A program made the translations under genes and the position numbers. From positions 1 through 57,541 of the forward strand of contig JACNKV010000075.1 of NCBI GenBank assembly GCA_014381855.1: 57,541 bases of DNA, written 5' to 3'. Shown here piece by piece: positions 54,808 through 57,541 of the stretch (position 1 is the stretch's first letter; every line of letters starts with the position of its first letter). This DNA is from Fidelibacterota bacterium (lineage in GTDB: Bacteria; Fidelibacterota; Marinisomatia; Marinisomatales; JACNKV01). The notes below the pieces were generated by a model. It had not been told where the DNA came from. It made no database searches and saw only the letters and a list, made by a program, of their open reading frames with translations.

Positions 54808-55482
54808 ATGACACTTTTTCGCGACATTTTAAATCTCTGGAAATCCGAAGGTTTGCTTGAACAAGCCTGGAAGGAATCTTACGAAATGCTGCAGCTCTCC
54901 CGAGAGATGTTTGTGCAGGCGGTAAAATATCTGCGTGAAGGCAGCAATATTAACACATTGATCGCTCTGAAAAAACGTGATAAGGAAATCAACGTCTTTC
55001 ACCGTGATGTCCGAAGAAAAGTCCTGACACACTACGCCGTTTCCCAAGATACGTCTGACCTTGCCAATGGATTAATTTTGGTTAATATGGTTGTCGATAT
55101 AGAACGGCTTGGGGATTACACAAAAAACATCCTTGACCTTGCAATTAACCAGCCGGAACGACTAATAGCAGAAGATATATCTGTAGATCTTCATGAAGTA
55201 GAAAATGAAGTATTAGACAGATTTGACAAAACGCTTGAGGCAATTCATACCCAAGATTCTGATATAGCCAAGTCACTTCTTGCGACATATAAAGAAGAGG
55301 TTTCGGGTCATTCGGACTCTATCGTAAATCGAATTATTTCCGGTGAGTTGGAGTTTGGTTCTGAGAAAAAGACTGCTGCAGTGGCACTTTACGCACGTTA
55401 TTTAAAACGAATCGGCGGGCACTTGAAAAATGTTACGACTATTTTAGTTAATCCTTTTGAATCAATCGGGTACACGAGGTAG
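54808..55482 (+). CDS. PhoU-domain regulator
   Basis: 224 aa helical protein. 'VDIERLGDYTKNI' and 'LKRIGGHLKNV' repeats are typical of PhoU. Adjacent to the Na/Pi transporter. Confidence 0.75.
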   Translation: MTLFRDILNLWKSEGLLEQAWKESYEMLQLSREMFVQAVKYLREGSNINTLIALKKRDKEINVFHRDVRRKVLTHYAVSQDTSDLANGLILVNMVVDIERLGDYTKNILDLAINQPERLIAEDISVDLHEVENEVLDRFDKTLEAIHTQDSDIAKSLLATYKEEVSGHSDSIVNRIISGELEFGSEKKTAAVALYARYLKRIGGHLKNVTTILVNPFESIGYTR

Positions 55483-55544
55483 TGATTGTCGTAACGTAGT
55501 GGAGACCCCCCGTGTGCTTGTGTTTACATCCCGCGTGCTTGCAT

Positions 55545-55563
55545 CCCGTGTTTTGTACGGGGG
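55545..55563. repeat. CCCGT/ACGGG hairpin repeat, copy D
   Basis: CCCGTGTTTTGTACGGGGG, preceded by two degenerate direct repeats of its 5' half (55506-55520 and 55530-55541). Confidence 0.8.
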
Positions 55564-55822
55564 TGATCGGGTACCTCATCTCTTCTCCTCTTTTCAACCT
55601 CTCCGTTTCTCTCAGATTTTTTAAGCTAAATATTTATTTTATCTGTACTTTTTCTTTTCAATCTAATTTGTTTTATTGATTAAATTCGGACATATTAATC
55701 CTGTTATAATTTTAATACTCAGAAACAGACACTATTATCTGGCAGAAAACAACAAAGACGGAAATGATTTATTTCACCATTATTAATCCAACAACAAACC
55801 TAAAACTCAAGAGGTTATCATC

Positions 55823-57088
55823 ATGAATAGCGGAGGAACTCTCTCCAATCGCTGGCTGGTTGTCGTCGGCGCAATTCTCATTCAACTTTGTCTGGGCGCC
55901 ATTTACGCCTGGTCAGTATTCACTAAACCGCTGGTCGAAGCAGGCTGGACAAAAACCGAAACACAGGCAGTGTTCGCGGCAGGATTAGCACTCTTTGCCA
56001 TTGTGATGGTCATCGCCGGACGACTGATGCCGAAAATCGGACCACAAAAATTAGCTATATCGGGTGGCATCGTTCTTGGACTCGGATACTTACTTGCCGG
56101 TCTTTTTGGCGGAACAAGTTTTTGGCTCATTTTCATCTTTATCGGTATCATCGGTGGTTCGGGAATCGGATTGGCTTACGTCGTCCCGATTGCCGTCGGT
56201 ATGCGGTGGTTCCCGGATAAAAAAGGGTTAATAACCGGGCTGGCTGTAGCAGGATTTGGTTTCGGGGCGACCCTCTGGGTCAAACTGGCGGGTACTTGGG
56301 GAAGTCTGATTTCTATTTATGGCCTAAGTTCCACCTTTACCATTTACGGAGTCGTGTTTTTTATCGCGGTTCTGGTGGGCAGTTTTTGGATGGTTTTTCC
56401 TCCTGAAGGCTGGAAGCCCGAAGGATGGACTCCTTCTGAAACAACTGCCAATTCTCCCACCGGGAACGGCGAGGTTCATTTTGACAGTGGACAAATGCTA
56501 AAAACACCGCAATATTATATGATTTTACTGACCTTTGCCTTTGGTGCAAGCGCCGGACTGATGAGCATTGGTCTCATGAAACTTTTCCCGATGCAGGCTT
56601 TGCAAGCATCAGGAATCGAAAAAGCCGTTGCATCAGGAATCGCCGGGACAGCGATGGCAGTGTTTTTCTCGCTAGCTAACGGATTCGGACGGATCGCCTG
56701 GGGCGCAATCAGTGATAAACTTGGACGAAAAAACTCCATTGTTCTCATGATGGCAACTCAGGGAGTTTTTGTTATTCTCTTCCAGTGGATGGCAGGAACT
56801 CCTGCACTTCTCTTTTTGGGTGCTACACTCATCGGATTCAATTTTGGCGGGAATTTTGCTCTCTTCCCGACAATCACAGCTGATACATTCGGTACAAAAT
56901 ATGTCGGTCAGAATTACGGCTGGGTTTTCCTTGCCTATGGTATCGGCGGAATATTTGGTCCAATCCTTGGCGGAAAATTGGGCGACATGGGGAATTTCCC
57001 ATTAGCATTCATTATATGCGGAGTACTGTGTTTGCTCGCAGCCGGAATTATATCCGGCGTAAAACCGCCACAAAAAACAACTGCATAA
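55823..57088 (+). CDS. MFS transporter, oxalate/formate antiporter (OFA)-like
   Basis: 421 aa with 12 TM helices. N-terminal 'RWLVVVGAILIQLCLGAIYAWSVF' is typical of OFA-family MFS proteins. Confidence 0.8.
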   Translation: MNSGGTLSNRWLVVVGAILIQLCLGAIYAWSVFTKPLVEAGWTKTETQAVFAAGLALFAIVMVIAGRLMPKIGPQKLAISGGIVLGLGYLLAGLFGGTSFWLIFIFIGIIGGSGIGLAYVVPIAVGMRWFPDKKGLITGLAVAGFGFGATLWVKLAGTWGSLISIYGLSSTFTIYGVVFFIAVLVGSFWMVFPPEGWKPEGWTPSETTANSPTGNGEVHFDSGQMLKTPQYYMILLTFAFGASAGLMSIGLMKLFPMQALQASGIEKAVASGIAGTAMAVFFSLANGFGRIAWGAISDKLGRKNSIVLMMATQGVFVILFQWMAGTPALLFLGATLIGFNFGGNFALFPTITADTFGTKYVGQNYGWVFLAYGIGGIFGPILGGKLGDMGNFPLAFIICGVLCLLAAGIISGVKPPQKTTA

Positions 57089-57113
57089 TTTCTCATCCCT
57101 CCTCACAAAAAAA

Positions 57114-57140
57114 GGCAGGACGATTTTCGTTCTGCCTTTT
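57114..57140 (+). terminator. rho-independent terminator
   Basis: GGCAGGACG-ATTTT-CGTTCTGCC is followed by TTTTGG and preceded by an A-tract. Located 25 nt after the MFS stop. Confidence 0.8.
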
Positions 57141-57280
57141 GGTTCATCGCAATAATCCGCACCTAAAATGTTTTTTTGCACACTTGCCCGCCTTTGGAGG
57201 GCCGCCCTCGGCAGACGGGAAGGATTAACTATTTTTGATTTTGAAATTTTATATAACCACCCAGCCCCCTTTGACAAGGG

Positions 57281-57358
57281 GGAATAAAAAGGGTACAGAA
57301 AGTCCCCCTTAATAAATGTGGAATAAAAAGGGCACAGAAAGCCCCCATTAAAAATTGT
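57281..57358. repeat. 39-bp tandem direct repeat (2 full units plus a degenerate third to about 57390)
   Basis: Unit 1 (57281-57319) and unit 2 (57320-57358) match at 34/39 positions by hand. G5/C5 hairpins flank the array at 57265-57282 and 57372-57395. Confidence 0.8.
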
Positions 57359-57541
57359 GGATTGCCTAAAAAATCCCCCTTAATAAAGGGGGATTTAGGA
57401 GGTTGTTAATGAGCTCATATCCATTTTTGTAAATAGTGTTGAAACCGCTCATAATAATTTAAAAACCTGATAAATACGAATTACACAAAGTTTTTTTGAC
57501 TACCAATTTTCCCGACACTAAGTGTACGGGGCATTTTGCGG

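Noticed and set aside
57265-57395. Possible CRISPR array, given short repeats with G/C-rich palindromic ends.
   Set aside because: The units are directly adjacent (39-bp period) with no unique spacers. Only two full copies plus a degenerate third are present, and no cas genes occur in the window. I treat it as a tandem repeat.
1-57541. Mobile genetic element, prophage, defence island, rRNA or tRNA genes.
   Set aside because: I saw no integrase, transposase, recombinase, phage structural, restriction, toxin-antitoxin or cas-like ORFs in any frame. I saw no tRNA-like T-arm (GGTTCGAATCC-type) or rRNA signatures. The short repeats appear non-autonomous.

Overview
57.5-kb AT-rich chromosomal segment with about 50 densely packed genes. 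I saw no rRNA, tRNA, transposase, integrase, cas or phage genes. TonB-dependent receptors with CarboxypepD_reg-type N-termini, weak Shine-Dalgarno usage and sigma-54 control suggest an FCB-superphylum-like anaerobe or microaerophile; this placement is inference only.

Most of the window is ordinary housekeeping:
- nucleoside phosphorylase
- rpiB-tkt-rpe
- pabABC
- typA and a DEAD-box helicase
- a fadE-fadA-fadN beta-oxidation operon with its TetR regulator
- Na/Pi transporter with a PhoU-like protein
- MFS transporter

The unusual part is a roughly 18.5-kb molybdoenzyme and respiration island (3.2-21.8 kb) with three parts:
1. A minus-strand operon encodes a heme-c (CxxCH) sensor kinase, a sigma-54 activator and mobA.
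2. It diverges from a textbook sigma-54 promoter. That promoter drives a porin, a NapM-like tetraheme cytochrome, monomeric NapA, NapF-like, NapD, NapG-like and NapH-like genes. No NapC or NapB is present. A Rieske protein, a cytochrome b and a membrane-anchored octaheme HAO-family cytochrome are fused onto the 3' end of the same gene string.
3. Directly downstream is a leader that looks like a Moco (molybdenum cofactor) riboswitch and sequesters the ribosome-binding site. It precedes an operon of a TonB-dependent receptor, two tandem paralogous small membrane proteins, and an EcfT-like membrane domain fused to a non-ABC P-loop NTPase. I consider this the best candidate for an undescribed system: a riboswitch-controlled Mo/W or pterin-related uptake machine.

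Several families of short intergenic repeats are also present:
- a CCCGT/ACGGG hairpin in four or five copies, with the hairpin flipped relative to a conserved flank
- a bipartite 25 + 53-nt repeat whose second module is inverted between copies
- a 39-bp tandem array at the window end
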